NCBI GenBank assembly: GCA_002480645.1
Contig: DLCN01000003.1
Coordinates: 276,355 to 308,354, forward strand
Source: Balneolaceae bacterium UBA7797
GTDB taxonomy: Bacteria; Bacteroidota; Rhodothermia; Balneolales; Balneolaceae
Length of the DNA stretch: 32,000 bases
Direction of reading: 5' to 3'
Shown here piece by piece: positions 9,182 to 16,829 of this stretch (positions within the stretch are counted from its first letter, which is position 1; every line of letters starts with the position of its first letter). Below the pieces are notes generated by a model. It saw only the letters and a list, made by a program, of their open reading frames with translations, was not told the origin of the DNA and did no database searches. The position numbers and the translations under genes are program-made.

Positions 9182-11062
9182 TCAGTTTTCCTCTTTTACC
9201 AGTTCGCCTTTTTTATGAAGCTCCGCGTAATAACGGATAGACTTCATTAACATTGATTTGGCCGGATTGGTTGCTTTAATATCTTTGATCGGATTCTCCT
9301 GTAATTCCAACCGGATCAGGCGTTGCTCTCTGGAAGGTCGTACAGATAATATCCGGTCAAGGATTTTAGGTTCCAAACCTGCAACAGCTTCCAGTATAGT
9401 GCCTGTATTCAGTTCATTGGCAGCATGCTTAATGATCTCAATATCAAGATCCGGAATCTGTTCTATTGTGATGAATTGTTCTTTTAATGCTTCCGCAACC
9501 ACAGAGCCCGTAGCCTGGAGTTGCTCAATATATTGCCGCTGTTGGGTAACAGGAAGTTTTTCAAGAACCGGAAGGATGTTTTCGGTTCCTTTTCGTTCTT
9601 CTTTTTCCAGCTCGATCAATTCCATGGTTTTATCGAATAGCGAATTTGATATAACCCGATGCTGTTTATAGGTAAGATTATGTAGCGTAGCCATTTTTAA
9701 CATGATGTCAGCTACTCTGTCTCTGTCTAATTGATCCAGTATGGAAGCAGCCCGATATTCATCCAGATAATCAATGATCAGAGCTGCAGTTTGGGTATTC
9801 TCTGTTTTGAGCAATCTGAGAATAACTTTCTCAGATACGTGATCCAGAAAACGGAATAAATTAAGCTGGGAGTGTTTCTGCCTGTTTTCTGATTCACCTT
9901 TGTTACCACCCAGTAATTCGTTGAATTCTGTAGCTATTTGTTTTCGTTCTTCCGTACTGAGAGGGGGTAAGTTATCCAGAGCATCACTGATCGCCTGATA
10001 ATAATCCGGTCGTATATCTTTTTTCAGAGAACGAATAAGGTGTCGATCTACTGACGCAATGACCTGAGCGGCACGCCGGGCTCCCTGGTCCGCATGTTCA
10101 TCCATCCAGTATTCAAACAACAGAGAAATATCCTGTGGCTTATTGAAGAAATTCTGAATCAGAAGATCTACTTCATTCGCTTTATCCGGCTCTATAGTTT
10201 TCAGGATCACTGAATTTGAGGTCTGATCGTTTTTAACTTTTCCTTCAACAGTAAGATCACTTCTTAGATTGCTGCGCTGGGACCGGATTGTAGATTGATC
10301 GGTGGAAGATTTTCGGGTAAAGATGCGAGATATAACCAGAGCGATCAGAAACAATACAAAAAGAACCGCCAGAGGGATGTAATCATTAATGCTTTCAGCA
10401 AAAGTTTTTTCTACTTCGGGCTGATTATTCTGTTGAGGAAGTTGCGGGAGTTCCTGAGCCATATCATCCTGAAAATCAGGCATATTTAAGCGCCGAATGT
10501 TGATCACATCTCCACGATTATCATCTGTTTTAGCAGCGATACCTGTGATCAATCTCATAAATTCCAGTTCACGGGTGGTAAGAGATGAATCAGCATAAAT
10601 ATTAATTACCAGGCTATTCAGTTTAAGAGTACGAATGGTATTCTGATTCAGGATCTTTTCCGGATTATTCTCCACATTTTCATCCGGAAGAAGATTCTCT
10701 TCGGGTAAAAAAGGGAGTCCCGGCATGGTAATATTATTAGGTCGCTGCCTTATGACCTGATTTTGAGTAACGGTGAAGGTTTCGTCGACCATCTCGGCAC
10801 TGATATCAACATCTACAAAAAATGAGCGGGGGTCGAAATAATTGGAAAGTATCTGTAAGACCTGTGCATCGTAACGTTGTTCAAGGGTTGCAACTCTGAG
10901 TTCAAAAGAATCGGAAGTGGTTACATTTTCCCCGGTTTGGGCATAACTATTACCTCCAGCAAAAAGAATGATGAGAGTAAGAGCGAAAACCCAAAGTAAA
11001 TTACTGCTTAAGCCAAATCGTAAGTGCTTAAAATAGATGATTTTGCAATTATAGGTCGACAT
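9182..11062 (-). CDS. Membrane-anchored FliG-like rotor protein: signal/TM, periplasmic FliF/YscJ-like module, TM, then cytoplasmic FliG N/M/C-like domains
   Basis: 626 aa. aa 400-460 (LFRFLDHVSEKVILRLLKTENTQTAALIIDYLDEYRAASILDQLDRDRVADIMLKMATL) mirror the FliG middle domain (the EHPQ-type motif reads ENTQ). aa 528-620 (QFITIEQIPDLDIEIIKHAANELNTGTILEAVAGLEPKILDRILS...RLIRLELQ...AKSMLMKSIRYYAELHKKGELV) mirror the FliG C-terminal torque domain (MFxF-type motif, then LALALKG..EL..K.L...S.R). aa 325-385 are FliG_N-like. TM at aa 228-247 (nt 10322-10381). The periplasmic part (aa 43-227) has alpha-beta-beta-alpha-beta-like segments resembling FliF/YscJ ring-building motifs. Confidence 0.7.
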   Translation of the reverse strand: MSTYNCKIIYFKHLRFGLSSNLLWVFALTLIILFAGGNSYAQTGENVTTSDSFELRVATLEQRYDAQVLQILSNYFDPRSFFVDVDISAEMVDETFTVTQNQVIRQRPNNITMPGLPFLPEENLLPDENVENNPEKILNQNTIRTLKLNSLVINIYADSSLTTRELEFMRLITGIAAKTDDNRGDVINIRRLNMPDFQDDMAQELPQLPQQNNQPEVEKTFAESINDYIPLAVLFVLFLIALVISRIFTRKSSTDQSTIRSQRSNLRSDLTVEGKVKNDQTSNSVILKTIEPDKANEVDLLIQNFFNKPQDISLLFEYWMDEHADQGARRAAQVIASVDRHLIRSLKKDIRPDYYQAISDALDNLPPLSTEERKQIATEFNELLGGNKGESENRQKHSQLNLFRFLDHVSEKVILRLLKTENTQTAALIIDYLDEYRAASILDQLDRDRVADIMLKMATLHNLTYKQHRVISNSLFDKTMELIELEKEERKGTENILPVLEKLPVTQQRQYIEQLQATGSVVAEALKEQFITIEQIPDLDIEIIKHAANELNTGTILEAVAGLEPKILDRILSVRPSREQRLIRLELQENPIKDIKATNPAKSMLMKSIRYYAELHKKGELVKEEN

Positions 11063-11102
11063 ATTGTAATGTTAGCCGTTTACGAACTTCAATACCATAA
11101 AT

Positions 11103-14102
11103 TTATTCTAATGATCCGCCTATATTTATGATCTGATCCAGAGCTTCCATTTCAGGAATATAAATATCCGGATTAAATCTTACAGCCATATTCCAATTCT
11201 CTCTGGCGAGCTCTTTCTCGCCTTTCAAATAGTGGAGGCTACCCTTTAGAGCGTATCCTTGTGCCGTCTTGAAAATGTCCAGCGATTCGTTAACCAGATC
11301 CATCGCCTGTTCAATTCTTTTTCTGTAGAATGCATTCTGTGCCATAATGATCAAACGTAACGAACGGTCCAGATCATTAAGTAAAGACTCTCTGTATGCG
11401 ACCAATTCTCTGTCTGTTTCTAAACTTGCCATGATCGTTTGAAGCGTATCATTCAGCGCTTCCTGCTCTTCATCATAATCTTTTGGAACGATCAGAAAGT
11501 GTAAGCCTTCTATAAAGTCACCTTCAGATTTTGCCTCCACTTCAATATCCAGTTTTTCGGGGATGGTTCTGGAACCAAGAAGATTCAGCTGACTTTGATC
11601 GACGGTAAGTTCATATTTACCCGGAGGGAGTTCATAATCGTAAAAAGTACCATCCGTAAACGTTCTGATGTCTTTTCTGAAGTCATTTTCAGTACCAACG
11701 ATATGGATATTCAATCCTCCCTGAGGCTGGGTATGACCCTCTTCGTATAACCGCTCTACATTACCTTCAATAACGCCCGATAAATAAAAGGGGATATCGA
11801 TCTTCTTAAAGCTGTTCGGGTCGGTTACAAGCGAGAATTTTTCCAGTTCCGGAACCAGCATCGGATTATTCAGCGAAGCCTTCATCATTTCCATATTGTA
11901 CCGGTAATATGACTGCATCTGCGTGTAATAAAGTACTCCGTTCTTATAGATGGGGAAAGAGCCGGACCTTCCGATCCTCATCTTACCTTCTGGTATCAGG
12001 TTATCTTCTTCTTTATCGTACGTATGATTGTTATTGTTATCTACAAACATACGAATCGCAGTTCCTGATTTACCGACCTGATTTCTGCTCGTGATAATGA
12101 AATTCTTATAGTTACTGTCGTAACCCACCGATCCGCGGACATTTTGTGTGGCCGTATAACTTGTTGAATTGGTGGTAAAGGTGGTGGTAGTTCTTGCTTT
12201 ATTGAATTCAAAAATAAAGCCGATTCTGAAATTTGTATTCTGTGTAATGAAATTCTGCCCCAAAGAAACCTGAATTCGGCCGGTTTTCATAACACTTTTC
12301 GAGATCATCATTTCCATGGATTCAGATTGTTTCAAATACGGTCGGTATCTGTAAGTACCTCTGAAAAATGTCCCGATAAGGAAATCAGGGATCTTTTGTT
12401 CTCTGGTTAAACTATAGGTTACAGAACTGTTAACGGAGGCCGCACGAGTCATCTCCAAAGGGTTGAAGGTATCAATCAGTCTGTCACTGTAGCCCAGTCT
12501 TAAGTTCATTTTCTTAACACGAGTGTTCAGATCCAGTCTGTAGTTTGAAAAATTCTCGTTATCTCTGAAGCGGGTATAGGTAGAAGCCCTCACATTTAAC
12601 GGGAAATTGCCGATCCTGAAAGGATAAAATCCGCTTAAGCTGAGCTGACTACTATTTCCACCTTGATTATACAATCCGGATTGTGCAATAAAGTTTGTGT
12701 AATTAACGCTAAAACTGGAGCTGTTTGCGTATATGGCATTAATTCCGGACCTGAAAAATCCATTTGAGATAGCTTCCATGGTTACAATGTAATTTGTAAG
12801 CAGACGCCCTGATACTTTGGAAGTAATGCTGGGACCGGGATTGGAGACTAACCCGTCAAAATACTCAAATCCGGCTCCGGCTGTCAGCCAGTTTGTAACC
12901 CCCACAGTGGTTTTTCCCTGTACAGTATAATTGCGATCTTCAGATCCTATAAGTGAATTTTTTAGCCTTCCTGCGTTTAAGTGATAGGTGACTTCGCCTT
13001 TAGGATTAAAGTTGAATGGAACCTGTACACGTCTCGATTCCTGAATGATCTGTCCCGTAGGACCGTAAATTCTAAGGTCTAATTGTGAGGATCCATAATA
13101 TAACGGTGCAATAAAACGATATCTCCCCAGATCATCCGCTTTTTGAAAATCGATAAGTGAATTGTTTAAGTACAATTCTACTTCTGATTGTGGAGTCACA
13201 TAACCCTGAACTTCGTATTCATCAAAAAACTGACGGCTTTCAATGGGCTCATTAGTTAAACGCACACCAACATATTGCGAATTCAATGCTCCGTCCAGCG
13301 TATTGTCACCAACAGCTACTTTTGTTATTAGCGGTGTATCTCTGATAATATATCGCCAGCGTAGGTTATTAGTGGCGAAGGTCGAGAATTCCGAATTAAC
13401 TGCTGCAATTGTTGAACCCTGCAGATCCCCACCGGCTAATTGAAGACCAATGTTATTACTCATATTAAAGGTAGTAGAGCTTTGACTATTGATCGCAGAA
13501 ATGGAGTAGTCCATGAAGCCTCCATCAAATGCACTCCATTTCCGGTCAAATTCCAGTGGAAAGAATTCGGTGGTAGTTCGGTAACCACGTTGCATATTCT
13601 CTCTTTTTGCCGTTCTTACCGTTCTTTCGATACGTGGAATAGGAATATTGGTCTCCAGATCTAATGCAAGGTTATTGAAATCAACCGTAAAATTTAGCCC
13701 AAAGATATTTTTAAAAATGTCTGGATGTAAGAAATAGTCCAGCTCTTTGATCAGAACCTCTTCCGGTTTGATCTCTGTAGAGGTACCATCAAATGTAATT
13801 GTATAATTTTCAAGATCGATTCGATACGGAATCTGATCGAGCCCAAAATTTCCCTGGACTACCAGACCATTTACATTGGCTTCGAAATCGAGCGTAGAAA
13901 AAAGACCGTTAACAGGCAGGTAGAAAACATCGTCAAGGTAGTAAGAAGTGACGATGCTGTTAATTACACCACGGTGTCTGAATGCAAGATATACCTCGAA
14001 ACTATCATCCTCGTCTACCTGAGCAACACTGTTAACAGGAAACAGTAATCCAAGTAGCAGAGAAAGAATTAAATAACGGGCAAAATTGCATCTTACATTC
14101 AC
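11103..14102 (-). CDS. Fimbrial usher-like outer-membrane protein with a C-terminal TPR-like extension
   Basis: 999 aa with a signal peptide (..FPVNSVAQ). aa 265-362 (VGDNTLDGALNSQYVGVRLTNEPIESRQFF..YEVQGYVTPQSEVELYLNNSLIDFQKADDLGRYRFIAPLYYGSSQLDLRIYGPTGQII..VQVPF) match the usher pre-plug/plug pattern of FimD/PapC-type proteins. A long amphipathic beta-strand-rich middle follows, then an Ig/CarboxypepD_reg-like domain (GKYELTVDQ). The final ~150 aa are helical and TPR-like. The GTG start overlaps the chaperone stop (GTGA at 14099-14102). Confidence 0.65.
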   Translation of the reverse strand: MNVRCNFARYLILSLLLGLLFPVNSVAQVDEDDSFEVYLAFRHRGVINSIVTSYYLDDVFYLPVNGLFSTLDFEANVNGLVVQGNFGLDQIPYRIDLENYTITFDGTSTEIKPEEVLIKELDYFLHPDIFKNIFGLNFTVDFNNLALDLETNIPIPRIERTVRTAKRENMQRGYRTTTEFFPLEFDRKWSAFDGGFMDYSISAINSQSSTTFNMSNNIGLQLAGGDLQGSTIAAVNSEFSTFATNNLRWRYIIRDTPLITKVAVGDNTLDGALNSQYVGVRLTNEPIESRQFFDEYEVQGYVTPQSEVELYLNNSLIDFQKADDLGRYRFIAPLYYGSSQLDLRIYGPTGQIIQESRRVQVPFNFNPKGEVTYHLNAGRLKNSLIGSEDRNYTVQGKTTVGVTNWLTAGAGFEYFDGLVSNPGPSITSKVSGRLLTNYIVTMEAISNGFFRSGINAIYANSSSFSVNYTNFIAQSGLYNQGGNSSQLSLSGFYPFRIGNFPLNVRASTYTRFRDNENFSNYRLDLNTRVKKMNLRLGYSDRLIDTFNPLEMTRAASVNSSVTYSLTREQKIPDFLIGTFFRGTYRYRPYLKQSESMEMMISKSVMKTGRIQVSLGQNFITQNTNFRIGFIFEFNKARTTTTFTTNSTSYTATQNVRGSVGYDSNYKNFIITSRNQVGKSGTAIRMFVDNNNNHTYDKEEDNLIPEGKMRIGRSGSFPIYKNGVLYYTQMQSYYRYNMEMMKASLNNPMLVPELEKFSLVTDPNSFKKIDIPFYLSGVIEGNVERLYEEGHTQPQGGLNIHIVGTENDFRKDIRTFTDGTFYDYELPPGKYELTVDQSQLNLLGSRTIPEKLDIEVEAKSEGDFIEGLHFLIVPKDYDEEQEALNDTLQTIMASLETDRELVAYRESLLNDLDRSLRLIIMAQNAFYRKRIEQAMDLVNESLDIFKTAQGYALKGSLHYLKGEKELARENWNMAVRFNPDIYIPEMEALDQIINIGGSLE

Positions 14103-14926
14103 CGGATTGAGATCGTTTCTGAAGCAGTGACCGGATCCATCTGGATCAGATCATTTGAAGATAAATCTGGCCTTTGAGATTCAAACAGGGCAGATACACG
14201 GTAAGTGCCGGGAGCAAGGTCGGTAAGATCGAAATCCTGACGATAAACGCCATCGAAGTACATAGAGGTAGAAATGAAACTACGTCGTACTTCTTCTCCC
14301 GCCGGGTTAAACAAAGAAAGTGTAACTGAACCTAAAAAAGGAGAGTTTCCCGTTCTGTTATAATCCACCATAACAGCGAGACTTCCGTCATCATTTAAAG
14401 AAGAACGAATTCCTTCAATTTCAATTCCGGTTGAAACGTCTCCTTTTTTATAAAAAAGTCCGGTTACCTGTTCTACGGTTATACCAACAGTTGCACTAAC
14501 TACCTCAGAGGTTTGGAGCTCTAAGGGTGGTGCTTCCGGTGACGATTTTGTCTTGATTCTTGCCCAGTAGGTGCCATCATTCAGATCATTAGGAGGGGTT
14601 ACTCTTAAACGAACCATCTGGCGTTGACCCGGTGATAACGTGAAGTTCTGAGGGAAAGCTCTGATATAATCCGCAATAGAATATTGTTGCTGAACCAGGC
14701 TATCATCAACTACAGCAGAGCGGTTGCCATCGTTATCAGTACTGCTATAGGCAAAGAAAAAATCTATCGACACTTCCTGAGTTTGGTTTCCGCCATTAAC
14801 CACCATGTAGGACCCAAACCGTGAATTGGCATCAAGAAATAGATTTGTAGGGGCAATAGTAACCTGAGCAAAGGCTACAGAACCAAACAAAAAACAAGCA
14901 AAGACTGTAATTGATATTCGTTTCAT
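14099..14926 (-). CDS. PapD-like periplasmic fimbrial chaperone (candidate)
   Basis: 275 aa with a signal peptide (..SVAFAQ). The N-terminal domain pattern VTIAPTNLFLDANSRFGSYMVVNGGNQTQEVSIDFFF ... FTLSPGQRQMVRLRV resembles the PapD_N consensus (v.i.PtR..f......sl.v.N.g..p..vq / f.l.Pgq.q.vRl). A second beta-rich domain follows. The gene sits directly upstream of, and is translationally coupled to, the usher-like gene. Confidence 0.55.
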   Translation of the reverse strand: MKRISITVFACFLFGSVAFAQVTIAPTNLFLDANSRFGSYMVVNGGNQTQEVSIDFFFAYSSTDNDGNRSAVVDDSLVQQQYSIADYIRAFPQNFTLSPGQRQMVRLRVTPPNDLNDGTYWARIKTKSSPEAPPLELQTSEVVSATVGITVEQVTGLFYKKGDVSTGIEIEGIRSSLNDDGSLAVMVDYNRTGNSPFLGSVTLSLFNPAGEEVRRSFISTSMYFDGVYRQDFDLTDLAPGTYRVSALFESQRPDLSSNDLIQMDPVTASETISIR

Positions 14927-15013
14927 CGAATTTTTTTTTGTTTTAAAAACTAGGTCAATCTAATAAAAAATCAATTTCAGTGTTCAATTATTTATTAGTT
15001 GAAAAATCACCCC

Positions 15014-15047
15014 TAAAAAAAAAGTCTCACAAAATTGTGAGACTTTT
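15014..15047 (-). terminator. Rho-independent terminator/attenuator after the major subunit gene
   Basis: On the minus strand: AGTCTCAC-AATTTT-GTGAGACT, a perfect 8-bp stem (15023-15030 / 15037-15044) followed by a 9-nt U-tract. It lies 22 nt after the stop of the 15069-15590 gene and upstream of the chaperone gene. Confidence 0.75.
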
Positions 15048-15068
15048 AAATTCTGTTTTACTGTTTGA

Positions 15069-15590
15069 TTATTGGTAATCAACAGTGATCGCGATATCGT
15101 CTCCACCAGTGTTTGAAGTAGAGTAGTTACCGGCAGTTTCAGTACCTGCGAAGTTGATAGTTCCACCAACATACACATCCAGAGTACCACCGGAAAGAGC
15201 AGTTGCGTGAGCACCATCACTATCAACAGTTGTGCCGTCAAAGATCTCAACATCCATAGTAGGTAGCGGAGTTGTTCCGTCGGTAAGAGTTGCAGATACA
15301 TCATAAGTAATATCGATTGCAGAGTTGCCAGTACCTGTAATGGTAATTCGACCGCGCTGAGAACCGGTTCCGGCACCAGCATCAACTCCGTCAGCACCTA
15401 CAGTAACGTTACCTGAAGTACCGGTTGCAATAGCACCGAAAGATACCGTATCAACTACAGTGATGTTAAGAGAAGCAAGAACGTTTGCAGCTGCACCAAC
15501 GTTGTCAGATGCACTTGTTTGAGCGAAAGCAGCAGTAGAAGCGATAGCAACTACAGCAAGAACAGCGAATATATTTTTGAAAGATTTCAT
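15069..15590 (-). CDS. Probable major fibre subunit, DUF4402 / spore-coat-U (SCPU)-like secreted protein
   Basis: The start was reassigned to the ATG at 15590 (MKSFKNIFAVLAVVAIASTAAFAQ, a clean signal peptide). The ORF-track start at 15641 would run through the promoter box. The mature protein is Thr/Gly/Ala/Asp-rich, lacks Cys and Trp, has an N-proximal SFGAI motif and ends GNYSTS...IAITVDYQ (pattern G.Y.G...v.v.Y). It has its own promoter-like box and terminator. Confidence 0.65.
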   Translation of the reverse strand: MKSFKNIFAVLAVVAIASTAAFAQTSASDNVGAAANVLASLNITVVDTVSFGAIATGTSGNVTVGADGVDAGAGTGSQRGRITITGTGNSAIDITYDVSATLTDGTTPLPTMDVEIFDGTTVDSDGAHATALSGGTLDVYVGGTINFAGTETAGNYSTSNTGGDDIAITVDYQ

Positions 15591-15626
15591 AGTGTGTGGA
15601 CTAAGTGTTGTTTTGAGTTTCTGATA

Positions 15627-15634
15627 CAAAGTTA
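15627..15634 (-). promoter_or_regulatory. Candidate Bacteroidetes-type -7 box (TAACTTTG) for the major subunit gene
   Basis: On the minus strand TAACTTTG is an exact TAnnTTTG match. A TTG lies ~20 nt upstream (-33-like position). The box lies 36 nt upstream of the ATG at 15590. Confidence 0.4.
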
Positions 15635-15700
15635 GGAGCAATCAGCAAATACAACAAGTTAGATTCTATTAATCAATTTAGGGAGTTTTTAATGTACTCT

Positions 15701-16225
15701 TTAGTCATAAGAAACAATAAGTAAGGCCTCTCCGGAATAGCTTCCGTTTGGGATGTTTCCAATGTTAATTGCCCCTGTTACATATACAAATACATCTTTC
15801 CAGTAATCGGTATTTGCCCCTGTTGTGCTTGCAAAATTGGTCATGTTAATAAAGCCATAGTTATTTGCCAGTAATTTGGAATCAAAAGGGTCGTCCCCTG
15901 AATTGTTATAATAGATATTCAGATCCAGGGGAATATTATCTTCGATAGTAGGATCAGAATGGCTAAGTGCATCGGGATAATCTAATTCGATAGTAAGACT
16001 TTGAGTCCGGTAGGTTCTGATCTTGAATATTCCAAGACTGAGATCATCGAGACCAATTCTGGTAATTCCGGAGTTTGTGGTGAGCGTACCGAAATTTAAT
16101 TCCTGTTCCACCTCAATGGTCAATTCCGGTTCAACATCAATTTCGATATCTATGATCTGGGCGTTTACAAAGATGGGGCAAATAGACAGAATTATGAGAA
16201 CAGAAAAGAATCTTGCTCTAATCAT
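15701..16225 (-). CDS. DUF4402/SCPU-like secreted fibre subunit paralogue (minor subunit candidate)
   Basis: 174 aa. Signal peptide (..PIFVNAQ), ELNFGTL motif, C-terminal GSYSGEALLIVSYD. The ATG overlaps the upstream gene's stop by 8 nt (ATGATTAG). Confidence 0.55.
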   Translation of the reverse strand: MIRARFFSVLIILSICPIFVNAQIIDIEIDVEPELTIEVEQELNFGTLTTNSGITRIGLDDLSLGIFKIRTYRTQSLTIELDYPDALSHSDPTIEDNIPLDLNIYYNNSGDDPFDSKLLANNYGFINMTNFASTTGANTDYWKDVFVYVTGAINIGNIPNGSYSGEALLIVSYD

Positions 16226-16820
16226 AACTTACCATGATTGTGATCTGACCCTCGTACGTTCCGGCATCAATTGAGCCCACATTCAATGCCCCATATATAT
16301 AGATGTAAGCTGTCTCGTTGTATAATGCCGGGTTATATCCGCTATATACCGGAGTAGGGGGCGGACCCGGTGGATTATTACCACGATATTTGATCGGGAA
16401 CTGAGCACTTGCAATATTTGAAGCTATACTCATTGTGATAGCCTGACTGGTATTATTGAGCCCTCTGTTTGCGTAAGCGGCATTCAATGTAAAGGGTAAC
16501 CGGCAACTGGGGTCACTTACACAGGCAAGATTTCCATTCAATAGCAGGTAGTCGTCGGCGGTGATATCCACAATAACATCTAAATACTTTACGCCTTCAA
16601 TAGACAGAACCTTGGCATCATTAATATCTTTTGAAACCATGCCTTCATTCATGATCACAATACCAAAATCAAGGTCAGAACCGGGAGACAAATCAGAGAG
16701 AGTCACTGAATAAGAAGAACTATATGAACCGAAGTCTATTTCCTGCGCATAACTATGGTTCAATGAAAAAACTACAAGTAGTACCAGATATATAAAAAGG
16801 ATATGTGGTTTTCTTGACAT
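16218..16820 (-). CDS. DUF4402/SCPU-like secreted fibre subunit paralogue with Pro-rich insertion
   Basis: 200 aa. Signal peptide (..NHSYAQ), DLDFGIV motif, Cys pair (LACVSDPSC), insertion NNPPGPPPTPVYSGYNP, C-terminal GTYEGQITIMVSYD. Confidence 0.55.
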   Translation of the reverse strand: MSRKPHILFIYLVLLVVFSLNHSYAQEIDFGSYSSSYSVTLSDLSPGSDLDFGIVIMNEGMVSKDINDAKVLSIEGVKYLDVIVDITADDYLLLNGNLACVSDPSCRLPFTLNAAYANRGLNNTSQAITMSIASNIASAQFPIKYRGNNPPGPPPTPVYSGYNPALYNETAYIYIYGALNVGSIDAGTYEGQITIMVSYD

Positions 16821-16829
16821 TATGATCTA

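Noticed and set aside
6010-11062. Interpretation as a fragment of an ordinary flagellar operon
   Set aside because: No FliM/FliN, FliF proper, export gate, rod, hook or flagellin genes are adjacent. The FliG-like protein is membrane-anchored, the MotB-like protein has SPOR repeats, and the neighbours are usher and chaperone genes. A canonical flagellar regulon elsewhere in the genome cannot be excluded.
14927-14945. T9/A9 homopolymer immediately upstream of the chaperone start as a slipped-strand phase-variation switch
   Set aside because: It lies in the untranslated leader, not in coding sequence or between promoter hexamers. A-rich leaders are the normal translation-initiation context in SD-less Bacteroidota-like genomes.
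14984-15641. The ORF-track 190-aa version of the major subunit (start 15641) and the overlapping 137-aa ORF at 14984-15397
   Set aside because: The 17-aa N-terminal extension precedes a perfect signal peptide that starts at the ATG at 15590, and it would overlap the TAACTTTG promoter box. The 137-aa ORF is an alternative frame running through the terminator hairpin.
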